Positions 1 through 12,899 of a DNA stretch of 64,000 nucleotides are shown piece by piece. Both the position numbers and the translations under genes were made by a program. Origin of the DNA: Narcine bancroftii (Eukaryota); contig NC_091475.1 of the NCBI RefSeq assembly GCF_036971445.1, positions 49,042,001 through 49,106,000 on the forward strand. Reading direction: 5' to 3'. How positions within the stretch are numbered: position 1 is the first letter of the stretch; the number at the start of each line of letters is the position of its first letter. Under the pieces are notes generated by a model that worked only from the letters and a program-made list of their open reading frames with translations, made no database searches and was not told the origin of the DNA.

Positions 1-420
1 AGATGGCATCCACTTTAGACCTGTTGCTACAAAAGGTGAATAGAAACTGATCCACATCACCACTCAGACAGGAGCTGATATGCTTCAACAGCATCCTTTA
101 AAATAATTTCCTCCCTGTTGATGTGAGGGTCACTGATAGATAGGCAGGTCACCACACTCTTTTTGGGCACAGGTACAATTGCTGCCTGTTTGAAACAGGT
201 GGGCACCATGCCCTGCTGGAGTGAGATGTTGAAGATGTCCATGAATATACGGGCAAGTTGGTCAGTACATATTTTTAATACTCAGTCGGGTACTCCATCC
301 AGACAGGATGCTTTCCTTGGATTTACTCTCCAGAATCCAGACTGCACATCATCCTTGGATACAGACAGGAAGGGATCATCAGGGGACAAAGGGATGCAGA
401 GTAGTGTTGTTTCTTCCTTG
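1..420 (-). mobile_element. Rex1/Babar-like LINE RT remnant
   Basis: ORF 57..242 reads [27 protein letters not shown], the typical pre-RT segment of Rex1/L2-type LINEs. Confidence 0.7.
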
Positions 421-687
421 TTCTTATGGGCGAATCAGCCATAGATTTGCTGAGTTCCTCCAACATTTTATGTTTTTGTTTCAGAAATAAATGTTCTCAG
501 TGTCACTGCTGTGTTTAATCATGATTGGAGGGTCAGGAGTCAGCAGCACTTAAATCCTGTGTGAGGTAGTAAGGAGCTTTGACGCACCTTTGGGTGATGA
601 ACAGTTAAAATTAATGTCTTTAGTCCTTCGATATTCTCATTGGATTCAGTTGAAACCATCAATCTAGGAGAGATTTGGTTTTTTAAA

Positions 688-905
688 GCTATAGCACAGT
701 AGTAGGCCCTACCAGCCCATGAAAACAATGCTGCCCAACTGCACCCAATTAACCTACCAATCCCATACATTTTGGAGGATGGGAGGAAACTGGAGCACCC
801 AGAGAAAATACACTCAAGGAAAATGCACAGACTCCTTCCCCACAGCACTAGATTCGAAGCTGGGTCACTGGCGCTGTTAAAAGTGTTGCACTAACTGCTC
901 ACCCC
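688..905 (-). mobile_element. tRNA-derived SINE (V-SINE/HE1-like)
   Basis: Minus-strand head with A-box-like and B-box-like (gcttcgaatc) motifs, a GGGTGCTCCAGTTTCCTCCCA core and a LINE-like tail. Related copies at 38803-39050 and 62730-62975. Confidence 0.7.
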
Positions 906-1939
906 ATTGCGTTTGTGCAAATCATTTTGTAATTGAGCAACCATAAAAATGAGATTTATTTTTTTCAATTACAAAGTACAAAAAAAAACACACTTACTCC
1001 ACAGCTAGTTTTACCTGGCTCTTTGAGGAACATGAGTAATGTATGATGCTGTGATGAAGCAATCAGTTCAGGGTCAACAAATGGTTTCTGCCAAACCTGT
1101 CTGTCCTGTCAAGCAGCTTGAAGCTAGTTGTATGTGTCTAATTTCTAAGCTATGCACAGCTCACATCTTAAAATTTTCTGTACATGAATCCATTGCAATC
1201 CTATTACTGTAATATCCTGCAGGACATCATGAAAGAGAAGGTATGCCCATTCGACTCTGTGTAATGACGTCATTTCATGACTTGTTATTTCATGTTCACA
1301 GCTGCAGGTTATACTCAACAAAGGTCGCACAGAGAATTCCCTCACTCAAATGTCAGTTTTGTTCTGCCGATGTAAGATTTGGTGCGATTTTACATAAGAA
1401 GTACAATTAGTATAGGTTTCCAAGAATGTAAGTAAAGAGCAAAAGGAGCGTCACTAATTGCATAGCTCTTTCAAAATGCAAGGGCAGACACACACAAGCA
1501 TTTTTCCCTTGGTGCATGTTGCTAAGACCATTTACATTACTTCTGCATCTAACGCTAATGATCACCAGCTAAACTTAGTCCATCGCTGCAGCAACTCACA
1601 CCTGTGGCGTAAGGATAAGGCTGAAGACTGTGCCAAACTGGTGTAAAACATTTGAAAATAAACAAGAATGGTTTCATATATTTTAACCTTTATCTAAAGG
1701 AACTGTCCATTGAATCCAAATGAGAAAGAATCTTAAATTACCAGCTATCAAATATTTTGAAACCATCAGAAATAAAGTTGTCAATCATGTCACCTCTAGA
1801 ATTAAACATTTTTTATCTATAATATGAAACACATGAAAATAAAAACTAACACTTTGATTATTGAAGGAAATTCTTAAAATTAAGTTCTGAACCACAGGGG
1901 GAGCCTCTCAAACAACTGAGGGAAGAGTAACACAAGGTC

Positions 1940-3187
1940 ATGAGAAATAGGAGCAGGATGAGGCCATTTGGACAGTTGAGACTGCTCCACCATCATTCAA
2001 TGTAATCATGGCTGATGTGATCTTCACCCACCTGCCTTTTCCCCATATCCCTTAATTCCGTTACTATGTAGAAATCTATCCAACCTTATCTTAAATATAT
2101 TTACTGAGGTCACCTCCACTGCTTCAATGGGCAGTGAATCCCACAGATTCACCACCCTCTGGGAAAATAAGTTCTCCCTCATCTCTCTCCTAAATTTACT
2201 ACCCTGAATCTTGAGGCTAGGTCCCTAGTTCTGCTCTCCCCTACCAATGGAAACAACTTACCTACCTATCTTATTTATGCCTTTAACAATTTTATGATTC
2301 TACAAAATCCCTTCTCATACTTCTAAATTACAACGAGTACAGTCCCAGACGACTCAATCTCTCCTCACAGGCCAACCCATTCACCCTTGGAATCAACCTG
2401 GTGAACCTCCTCTGCACTGCCTTCAAAGCCAGTACATCTTTCCTCGAGTAAGGAAACGAGAACTGCCTGCAGTACACCAGATGCTGCCACATCAGTATCT
2501 TGTACAGTTGCAGCATGACCTCTCTGCTCTTAAATTCAATCCCTCTAACAATGAAGGCCAACATTCCATTTGCCTTCTTGATAGCCTGCTGCACCTGCAT
2601 ACCAATCTTTTGCGATTCATGCACAAGCACTCCCAAATCCTTCTCCACGTCAGCATACTGCGATAGCTTGCCATTTAAATAATCTGATCTTCCATTCTTC
2701 CTTTCAAAGTGGACAACCTCACATTTACCAACATTGCACTCCATCTCCCAGACCCTTGCCCACTCACTTAACCTATCTATATCTCTCTTCAGACTCTCCA
2801 CATTCTTAACACAATTTGCTTTTCCATTCAATTTAGTGTCATCAGCAAACTTAGATACATTGCACACTGTCCCCTCTTCCAGATTGTTTATGTATACTGT
2901 GAGCAGTTGTGGATCCAGCACTGAACCCTGTGGCACCCTGCTCACAACTGATTGCCAACCAGAAAAATATTCCTGCATCCCAACTCTCTGCTTTCTATTG
3001 GTTAACCAATCCTCTATCAATGCTAATACATCACCACCAATTCCACGCATCCTTATCTTCTGTACAGGTCTTTTATGTGGCACCTTATCAAACATCTTCA
3101 GGAAATCCACCTGCTCCCCTCTATCTACTGTGCTCATTATATCCTCAAAGAGCTCCAGTAAATTTGTCTAACAGAATCTGCCTTTGC
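1940..3187 (-). mobile_element. CR1 LINE, 3' part (RT); split by an L1 and continuing at 10541-11585
   Basis: ORF 2328..3137 has PQGSVLDP, KFADDTKL and EKDLGVLV motifs, and a CR1-type 3'UTR near 1940-2060. Confidence 0.9.
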
Positions 3188-6100
3188 TTTTTTTTGAATA
3201 TTTTATTTAAAACTTTATCCATGCATGCAATTAATAAACAATTAATATATAACAATAGAAATTTAAATTTAAGGCAGCTGCAATCATTACATGATGGTTG
3301 TAATCCCTCCCCTCCCCTCCCCAAATACTCCCCCTAAACCACCCATGCCTGAAGAAGTTTATGTACAAGAAAAATATAATATTTTAACAGAAAATGAAAA
3401 AGCTTCATGGATTGCTCAGAGGATCGCTATCCAACACAGAGAATTTCATTATAATTTCTATATAATTATAGAGAAGATTAACACAAAGAACAGGAAGAAC
3501 ACTACTACATGTTTATACCTAAAATTTGCATATATGGGCACAAAATTTTCAAAAATATACCAAATTTATTTCTGTTATTTTCCTCAAGGGAGTAAAACTT
3601 GGAATTTCTGTATTCCATCTTCCCATACCCAAGTATGAATCTGATTTCCAAGTAACTGCAATACATATTCTTGCCACCACTAGTGCTATTTTAACAAATT
3701 TCAAATGGTTTTAGCTTGGGTCTTGTTCCTTCTATATTTCCTTCTATATTTCCCAATAAAATTAAATCTGGATATTATGAAAATACAATTCCTGTAACCT
3801 GTACCAAAAAAAATTCCATAAGTCCACCCAAAAAGTTCTTACCTTGGGACGTGGCCAAGTTGAATGCAAGGAAGTTCCCATCTCCTCACCACACCTAAAA
3901 CATTGATCTGATAAATCTGATTTTATTCTGTTCAATTTTTGTGGTGTCAAATATAGCTGATGTAAAAAAATTATTTTGAACTAATCTATATCTTACATGA
4001 ATAGTATTTGTCATACAGTCTCGACAGAGATCTGACCATCTTGGCTCATCAATTATAATATTTGACCAATCCTAAATCCCTTAATTTCCACATCATTCCT
4101 AGTTACCTTAGCAAGTGGCCCTATAGCTAATATTAACAAAGCTGGAGATAAGGGAAATCCTTGTCTACGAGATCTCGTTAATTGGAATAGAGCAGATATT
4201 TATCCATTAGTCACTACTTTAGCTTTAGGGTCATTATATAATGCCTTAATACAGTTTATAATGACTGTCCAAATCCAAACTTATCCAACACATTAAACAA
4301 AAAGTCCCACTCCAATCTATCAAATGCTTTTTCTGCATCTAAAGCCATTGCAACACTTGTCTCTTCTTTTTGTGTTAAATGTATAATACTATTTAATCTA
4401 GCCACATTATCATTCAATTGTCTCTTTTTTACAAAGCCTCTTTGATCCATATTTATTAAATTAGGTAATAATTCAATCATTCTATTTTCCAAAATTGTGG
4501 CAACAATCTTATAATTTGCATTTAATGATGAAACTGGTCTATAAAATAAACATTTTAAAGGGTCTCTGTCTTTTTTCGTATCACAGTAATTATTTCTAAT
4601 GAAAATGATTCTGGGAAAGTGAGAATTATTGGTGCTTGATCTAACATTTCCAATAAAAATAAGAATATATAAATCTTTAAATGCTTTGTAAAATTCAGGC
4701 AGAAAGCCATCTTCTCCTGGAGAATTATTACTTTGTAACTAACTTATTCCCTCCCTCACCTCTACCTGTCTGATTCTTTCTGTTCTTCAATACTTAATCT
4801 TGATAAACTTATCTGAGATAAATATCTATCTATTTTGTTATCCTTTAAAGATTCTGACCTATATAATTTATAATAAAAACTCTTAAAAGATTCATTTATT
4901 TCCTGAGGTTTATAACTAATAACATTGGAGTCATTCTTAATTACATTAATCATTCTTGAAACCTGTTCTGCTTTTAATTGCCATGTATGATAATTTGCCT
5001 AATTCATAATACTTCTGTTTATATCTTGTAATTGCTTTTTTTGTTTTACAGGTTTGTATTGTGTGATACTTAAGTTTTTGTTAATTAGCTGCATATGCTT
5101 ATCTCTCCTTTGAAAATTCTTTTCCAAAACCATTATTTCTTTTTCTAATTGATCTCTTTCATATACTCCTTTTTAATTTTTGAAGTAAAACTTGTATTTT
5201 CCCCTCTCAGATATGCTTTCAAAGCATCCCATATTACAAACTTGTCATTCAGAGAGTTCATTTGTATCACAAAATATCTGAATTTGTCTTCTAATAAAAT
5301 CACAAAAATCCAATTTTTTAGAAATTATGGATTCAATCCCCATCTATAAACCAATTTCTCTTTATTAGGCATTACATTCATCATTAATAAAGGAAAATGA
5401 CCAGACAAAATTTTTGCTTTATATTCTGCTTCTAAAATCCAACCTTGAATGTGTGCTGAAATTAAAATAAATCAATTCTAGAATAAGAATAATGTCTACT
5501 TGAATAAAAAGAAGAATCCTTTCCTCGAGGATGAATTCTCCTCCATGCATCTACTAAATTCAAGTCTCTAATTAATACTAATGTAGCTTTTGCCACTTTA
5601 GCTCTTGTCACTCCTCAATTGGAATTAGATCCATCTAAAAAAATTATCCAAACAAAATTTAAAACAACCTCCTATTAAAATATTTTCATGTGCATCTGCT
5701 ATATTAAGAAATGTTCCTTGAATAGATTTTTCATCATCAACATTAGGTGCATATAAATTCAAAAGGGTCCATAGTTCTGAATATATTTGACAGTGTACTC
5801 ATATCTCCCTGTAGGATCAATCACAACATTTTGAATTTTAATTGGAAGATTCTTTTTCATTAAAATTGCCACAACTCTTGCCTTAGAATTAAATGAAGCT
5901 GCTACATACCCAACCCAATCACTTTTTAATTTCAGATGTTCTTTTTCAATTAAGTGGGTTTCTTGCAAAAAAGTCAACTCCCATTTTTTTGTTAAGACTC
6001 TTTCTCTTCACTACTCCATTTAACCCATTAACATTAAATTTACAAATTTCACTGTATTACTCATCTTAACAGAGCATATTCATTCCTTTTAGTATTACTT

Positions 6101-6231
6101 CTATTACTTCCTCTACCTCTGCCTGTGAATCTTCCCCCTTTAACTCTATTACTCAATATCCAATGTGTCAAATGTGCATTTTCTCCAGTAAATCCAAATA
6201 AAGAAAATACAAATATACAATTATAGAACAT

Positions 6232-7304
6232 ACGGATGGCAGTCTCTTCAATCTGAGCGCCTGCAAGCTCACACCAAGACACAAGAGAAACTTGTCCGTG
6301 AACTACTTTTTGCAGACGATGCCGCTTTAGTTGCCCATTCAGAGCCAGCTCTTCAGCGCTTGACGTCCTGCTTTGTGGAAACTGCCAAAATGTTTGGCCT
6401 GGAAGTCAGCCTGAAGAAAACTGAGATCCTCCATCAGCCAGCTCCCCACCATGACTACCAGCCCCCCCACATCTCCATCGGGCACGCAAAACTCAAAACG
6501 GTCAACCAGTTTACCTATCTCGGCTGCACCATTTCATCAGATGCAAGGATCGACAATGAGATAGACAACAGACTCGTCAAGGCAAATAGCGCCTTTGGAA
6601 GACTACACAAAAGAGTCTGGAAAAACAACCACCTGAAGAAACACACAAAGATCAGCGTGTACAGAGCCGTTGTCATACCTACACTCCTGTTCGGCTCCGA
6701 ATCAAGGGTCCTCTACCGGCATCACCTACGGCTCCTAGAACGCTTCCACCAGCGTTGTCTCCGCTCCATCCTCAACATCCATTGGAGCGCTTTCATCCCT
6801 AACGTCAAAGTACTCGAGATGGCAGAGGTCGACAGCATCGAGTCCACGCTGCTGAAGATCCAGCTGCGCTGGGTGGGTCACGTCTCCAGAATGGAGGACC
6901 ATCGCCTTCCCAAGATCGTGTTATATGGTGAGCTCTCCACTGGCCACCGTGACAGAGGTGCACCAAAGAAAAGGTACAAGGACTGCCTAAAGAAATCTCT
7001 TGGTGCCTGCCACATTGACCACCGCCAGTGGGCTGATATCGCCTCAAACCGTGCATCTTGGCGCCTCACAGTTTGGCGGGCAGCAACCTCCTTTGAAGAA
7101 GACCGCAGAGCCCACCTCACTGACAAAAGGCAAAGGAGGAAAAACCCAACACCCAACCCCAACCAACCAATTTTCCCCTGCAGCCACTGCAACCGTGTCT
7201 GCCTGTCCCGCATCGGACTTGTCAGCCACAAACGAGCCTGCAGCTGACGTGGACTTTTACCCCCTCCATAAATCTTCATCTGCGAAGCCAAGCCAAAGAA
7301 AAGA
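6232..7304 (+). mobile_element. RTE-clade LINE, 5'-truncated copy 1
   Basis: LFADD at about 6305. Open ORF 6360..7247 has FTYLG, QLRWVGHVSRM, LPKIVLYGEL and a C-terminal CxxC...HxxxC zinc finger. Short 3'UTR ends gccaagccaaagaaaaga. Confidence 0.93.
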
Positions 7305-8321
7305 TATGTGTATATATGTATATATGTTGGAATATATAAACAGAATACCCCCCCTCAAAAAAAACAAGTGTTGTTTAAATTGCACACACTATCACCCTCT
7401 ATTTTATGGACTGTGACCAGGGTCACAAATACACTCATGATCCATTCGCAATTAGAACCTCATCTCCCCTCACCCCAACCCCTGGTGCATTAACTATTTG
7501 ATCTTAAATAGTTTAATTCATAAAAAAGATCAGCAAAGATAGAATAGCCAATACTCTGAATTATTCAGTCCTACAAAGCTGTTTGAAAAAAAATGTTCAT
7601 CTGGAACACAGTAGCAATAACTGAGTTTCTAATTCTTCATTCTACTTGCACTCTTGGAGGATCTCACATAAATTCTTCTGCTTGTACAAAACAAACTTAT
7701 TTTGACCTCCAGGCAGGAAAATCTTTAAGGTTGCAGGGTGATGCAGCATGAAATGATATCCTTCCCCCCCCTCCTGCCCCCCCCCCCAAGAGCCTTCTTA
7801 ACTGGATTAAATTCACTTCTCTTTAATAAATCTGCACTTATATCAGGGTAGAACAAAACATTAGACCTTTCATACTCAAGTGGGCCTTTCCTTGCTCTTC
7901 CCCTTCTGCCGCAAGGGTCAAGATCTTCTCTTTATCTTGATATCAAAGGAATTTAATTAACACAGAACACAGGTTCTGATTTGGAAGTGGTTTTCCTCTA
8001 TGAGCTCTTTCAACCTCAATAGGGCATTCAAATTTTTGTGTTCCCAAAATTTCAGGAATCCATATTTTAAAGAAGCCGATTGGGTCTTGCTCTGCCTCTC
8101 CTTCTTTAAGACACACTATTTTAATACTACTTCTTCTACTGAAATTTTCCAGTATGTCTACTTTCTGTTGAGCTTTTGTAGAAGTACTTTCACTCTTTTC
8201 ACTATCATCAATATGTTGCATTTCTTCCTGCATCATCTTCATTTTCCCATCCAGTTTCTCTTCATCTTATTGACTGCAACCAAGACTGTTCATTTCCCCT
8301 TGCATTCCTTGAAGTTCTCTT

Positions 8322-10054
8322 GGTAATGCGCATCGAAAGAACCAAAGACTTGTTGATCCAAACCAAGGCTTTTATTAACTAAAAGATTGGAGCACATCAC
8401 AAGAAGGTCGACCAGTCCAGAATGACCTGGTCTGGCTAGGAGCAATCCTTTAAGACTTGCCAGTAAGTGTGGCTACACTCTCAGCCAATCACAATCATCC
8501 TACACTACCATCTGTACATATGTACATATACACATTGGTGATAGAATTTGTACTATCACATTCACCCCTTCTTTGAGAACTGACCCTAGGCATGACTGCT
8601 GTGGTGCCAGGATTGGGGTCGCCGGAGTCATGTCGCCGGCAGGCCTGGAGGGTGCAGCCACTGCTTCGCTCAATTCCCCAACGCCGTTGTCGACAGTCTG
8701 GCCTGAGCTGGTGGGGTGGTGCTGGACCCTCTGTTCAAGCACAAGACCTGAGAGAGAAGGAATAGGGGGGTTTGGGTTAAAGGCACTGCTGCGTCTGATG
8801 CGGCTGGGGCTAGGTCCCTTACCGAGACTGTGTCCTCCCATCCGTCTGAGTACTCAACGTAGGCATAATATGGGTTCGCATGGAGCAGAGTCACTCGGTC
8901 AACCAAGGGGTCGTTCTTAGAGTACCAGACATAGCGTTGTAAAAGGACTGGACCGGGTATCGTGAGCCATGCCAGTATGGTCATACCCAACTCAGATTTC
9001 CTCGGGAAAGAGAACATCCTTTCATGGGGTGTGGCATTGGTCGCGGTGCATAAGAGGGAGCGGATGGAGTGTAGGGCACTAGTGAGCACATCCTGCCAGC
9101 AAGAGATGGGGAGACCTTTGGACCGGAGGGCAAGTATAACTGCTTTCCAGACAGTAGCATTCTCTCTTTCAACTTGCCCATTACTGCATGGGTTATAACT
9201 GGTGGTCCTGCTTGAAGCAATACCATGCTCCAGAAGGTACTGCTGGAGCTCCGCGCTCATAAACGAGGACCCCCTGTCACTGTGGATGTAACTGGGGTAC
9301 CCAAAGATGGCGAAGATGCTGTGCAGGGCCTCTATAACTGAGGAGGCAGTCATGTCCGAGCAGGGCACAACAAACGGAAAGTGGGAGTACTTGTCGATGG
9401 CCGTAAGGATGTAGGTGTTACAGTTGGTCGACGGTAGGGGCCCCTTGAAGTCTACGCTGAGACGCTCAAAGGGGCTGGTGGCTTTGATGATGTGGGTGTT
9501 CTCTGGAGTGAAGAAGTGGGGCTTGTACTCAGTGCGCACTGGGCAGGCCTGGGTCATGGAGCGAATCTCCTCGACCATGTAGGGCAGGTTGCGAGATTTG
9601 ACAAAGTGCGCGAACCTAGTGACCCCTGGATGACAGAGCTCCTCGTGGAATTTCTGTAGCCTGTCCAGTTGGATGTTGGCGCAAGTCCCCCTGGAGAGCG
9701 CATCTGGCTGAGAGTGTAGCCACACCTACTGGCAGGTCTTAAAGGATTGCTCCTAGCCAGACCAGGTCATTCTGGACTGGTCGACCTACTTGTGATATGC
9801 TCCAGTCTTTTAGTTAATAAAATTGTAATGTGCATCGAAAGAACCAAAGACTTGTTGATCCAAACCAAGGCTTTTATTAATTAAAAGACTGGAGCATATC
9901 ACAAGTAAGTCGACCAGTCCAGAATGACCTGGTCTGGCTAGGAGCAATCCTTTAAGACCTGCCAGTAGGTGTGGCTACACTCTCAGCCAATCACAGTCAT
10001 CCTACACTACCATCTGTACATATACACATTGGTGATAGAATCTGTACTATCACA
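8322..10054 (-). mobile_element. Gypsy/Ty3-type LTR retrotransposon, internally deleted (integrase only)
   Basis: Direct LTRs 8322-8560 and 9824-10054. 5-bp TSD CTCTT (8317-8321 / 10055-10059). Polypurine tract (aaagaaggggtgaa on minus) next to the 3' LTR at about 8561-8575. Confidence 0.92.
8670..9725 (-). CDS. Retrotransposon DDE integrase reading frame (no natural start; begins at the RNase H tail DALSR)
   Basis: 351-codon open frame: HxxxxHPG zinc-binding start, LSVDFKGP, IHSDRGSSF, NGQVERENAT. The second Cys of the HHCC motif is mutated (CPVR). Confidence 0.8.
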   Translation of the reverse strand: MWLHSQPDALSRGTCANIQLDRLQKFHEELCHPGVTRFAHFVKSRNLPYMVEEIRSMTQACPVRTEYKPHFFTPENTHIIKATSPFERLSVDFKGPLPSTNCNTYILTAIDKYSHFPFVVPCSDMTASSVIEALHSIFAIFGYPSYIHSDRGSSFMSAELQQYLLEHGIASSRTTSYNPCSNGQVERENATVWKAVILALRSKGLPISCWQDVLTSALHSIRSLLCTATNATPHERMFSFPRKSELGMTILAWLTIPGPVLLQRYVWYSKNDPLVDRVTLLHANPYYAYVEYSDGWEDTVSVRDLAPAASDAAVPLTQTPLFLLSQVLCLNRGSSTTPPAQARLSTTALGN

Positions 10055-10540
10055 CTCTTAATAGTTCAACATTTGTTACATCCTCTACTGTACATTTACC
10101 TATAAATATCTTAACTTCTTTCAATACCTCCTCTTCACATGGCTGTTCTTCCTCTTCGTTGCTAGACACTTGTGAGCCCGACTCCTCCTCTTCCGAGACC
10201 TTGGATTTTCACATATGCACAGTACACCTCTGGGTTCTTCCGATGCCAGCTCTCTGCCGCTGCAAAAGAGCGACATTGGGAGATGTACCCTCTGCACCTT
10301 CACACCCAGGGAACACCTCGAACACTAGTTCCCTGCTCCAAGCTCAATGCAGGCCTTAGATCTTTTCTAGTCTTCTCTTCACATTGAGCTGCAGCGATTT
10401 TATCTTTCTTCGGTGGCATTTTACTTGAAAGAGTTTAATTATTTTAAAACATTATTTATTTAGTTTTTTTTTAAAAACTAGTTTACAAGGAGGGTCAGGT
10501 TCCTACAACCTAACTCTATGGCATCATGAGACGTCCCCCC

Positions 10541-11585
10541 AGACCTGCCCTTGCTGAATCCATGCTGTGTCTGCCTGATGGATCCATTTCACTCCAGAAG
10601 CCTCACTATTTCTTCTTTAATGATAGCTTCAAGCATTTTTTCCCAACCTCAGATGTTAAACTAATTGCCCAAGAGTTCCCCATCTTTTGACTACATCCTT
10701 TTTTAAATAATCTTTTTTAAAATTATCACCAAAGCCTCCACTATAACTTGCCATTTCTTTCACTACCCTGTCTTCAGACCTTCAAGTTTTCTTCATATGA
10801 CCTCTTTAGTGATAGCTATTACATCCAGGTCCTCAACTCCCATCACATCTGTAACATCTGCCTTTGGCATGTTCAACATGTCCTCCACCATGAAGATGGT
10901 CATAAAAATAATAATTGAAAGCCTTAACTATTTCTTCATTATCAATTCCTCTTTCTCATCCTCCAAGGAGTCAACCGTCACTGTAGCCACCCATTTGCTC
11001 TTTATATAATTATAAAAACTTTTATATTTTGTGCTAATCCTTTCTCATAGTCTACCTTCCCTTTCTTTTCTCACTTTGTGGTTCTTTGTTGCTTTGTAAT
11101 GGTTTACTACTACTCTTGGCGATTTTGAACGCACGGGTTTTAGCTTGATGTCTTCCTCTCTGTAATTCTGGAATATACTTTTGCTGAGCACCGTCAAAGA
11201 TCTCTTTGAAAGTCATTCACTGTTCCTCAATCATCCCTCCATATCGCCTGTGTTCCCAGTATATCCTGGCTAACTCCTCTCTCATCCCCTTGTAGCTTCC
11301 CTTGTTTTGGTATATATAGTTTTAGACCAAACTATTGTACCCCCATTTGTGTGATAAACTCAATCATCCTGTGATCATTCTTTCCAAGAGGATCCCTAAC
11401 TAGAAGATCACTGTCTCATTGCAGAGGACTAGATCCAAGAAAGCATGTTCCCTTGTAGGTTCAGTAACATGCTATTCAAGAAAGTCATCACATATGCTGT
11501 CTATGAAGTCCTCCTCAAGGTTGCTCGACCAACAATGGTCAACCCAGTCTATATGCAAGTTAAAGTCCCTTGTGATAACTGCAAG
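10541..11585 (-). mobile_element. CR1 LINE, 5' continuation of the 1940-3187 copy
   Basis: The sequence resumes at cccttgctgaatccatgctg (QHGFSKGR on minus) exactly where 3187 breaks. Decayed endonuclease-like sequence near 11400-11585. Confidence 0.75.
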
Positions 11586-12899
11586 GGGCCATTACATTAG
11601 CAACTGTGCTAGGATTAACATAACAATGTGCAATCATGGAATGAATGTGAATATGCCATTATGATGCAAAAAGACTTTGTAAGGTTTTCCTGTTTATAGT
11701 TTTATTGTGAGTTATGTTTATTTTTGGAAAAAAAGACAGGCATCTGTCGACCGTACAGCATGACAGTGTTAGACCTGAGTCTACCACTACAATATCCTGG
11801 GGTTAGATAATGACTGACCAGTGGTCACCACTGTAATATCAGGGTTATATGGGGACAGAACCATACCCACCATTTTGGATTCCCAGCATTATACAGTTAC
11901 AGAACTGGGCTCACCTGTACACAGAAGCGTGTCCATCAATATGGTCCACAATGTTTTACACTGACAGATCTTAAGTTTATCAGTGCTGTTCCCCAGTGCT
12001 GCACAATGACACATTCAAACAAATGGCAAGAAAACATGAGCAAGGTACACACTTCACAAATTTTTCTCCCCAAAACACAGGCCACACAAAATTTTAGTGA
12101 GGAGTTCTGCATATGAACAGCACAAAAATGATTTGTCCAGACCTTGATGAAGGGCTCAAGCCTGAAACATTGGTTATGTATCTTTATCTTTGCTATATAA
12201 AGTCAAATGATTTTCTCCAGCATTGTATTTTTTTTACCAGCATGAAACTAATGCTGGACATTCACCACAGAAGGATTTGACACCAAGGTCATCTGCCCAG
12301 CCAAGTTCTCCCTGTGGCTTCTAGCATTTTTTAAGGCAAGCATAGAGGGCTTGTGCTGCATTAGGATGTATTTATTTCATTGTTGAGGGGTGAATTTCCT
12401 TGGAACTCTTGGAGAGATTATCTGCTGTTCTTCGTATCATGGATTGTATGAATATACCAAAGCTGCCAGATTGTGAGGAAAATTTAGTCTTCACCTGTTA
12501 ATCATGATTCTCCACTCTCTTAACTACAATAATTCACTCAAGAAAAACCCGAAAATAATATAATGCTTTATTATCATATACATAATTGCAATGAAATTCT
12601 TGCTGCAACTACAGAGAAATCTAAAAACAGTACAAATCACACTCATACAATGCACCAGAGAAAACATAAAAGGATAGAAAATATTCTCATGCTCAGTGGT
12701 CCAAAACACATGCTGGTTCAACAGTGCACACACGTCTTTGGTGTACCTAGAGTAGTAGTGTTAGGTTAGGGAAAGTTCAAGAGCCTGATGACAGTGGGTG
12801 GAAAATTGTTCTTGAACCTAGAGGTGATGAAAGAAAAAAAATCAGACTTCTGCAATTCCAACTGAAGATAGGAGCCAGAAAAGAGTGTGACAAGGATGA

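Larger units (their letters stand above)
3188..10540 (-). mobile_element. Decayed, internally deleted L1-clade LINE (ORF1 + ORF2) inserted into CR1
   Basis: PolyT at 3188. ORF2 fragments: FLQETHL endonuclease 5759-5977, ALDAEKAFDRLEW RT 4256-4492, CFRC C-terminus 3762-3950. ORF1 fragment 7943-8242 (ENFSRRSSIKIV...IEVERAHR). G-rich 5' end at 10540. Degenerate TSD agaatctgcctttgct (3173-3188) / agacctgcccttgct (10541-10555). Confidence 0.88.

Noticed and set aside
688-905. tRNA gene candidates at SINE heads (also about 38803 and 62975)
   Set aside because: Degenerate A/B boxes followed by a SINE core and LINE tail; no convincing cloverleaf.
900-1930. Unique sequence with splice-like motifs (for example cctgcAG...AAG|GTATGC at about 1222-1241), checked as possible exons of a neighbouring gene such as B4GALT4
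   Set aside because: No translation I tried resembled a known protein; motifs alone are insufficient.
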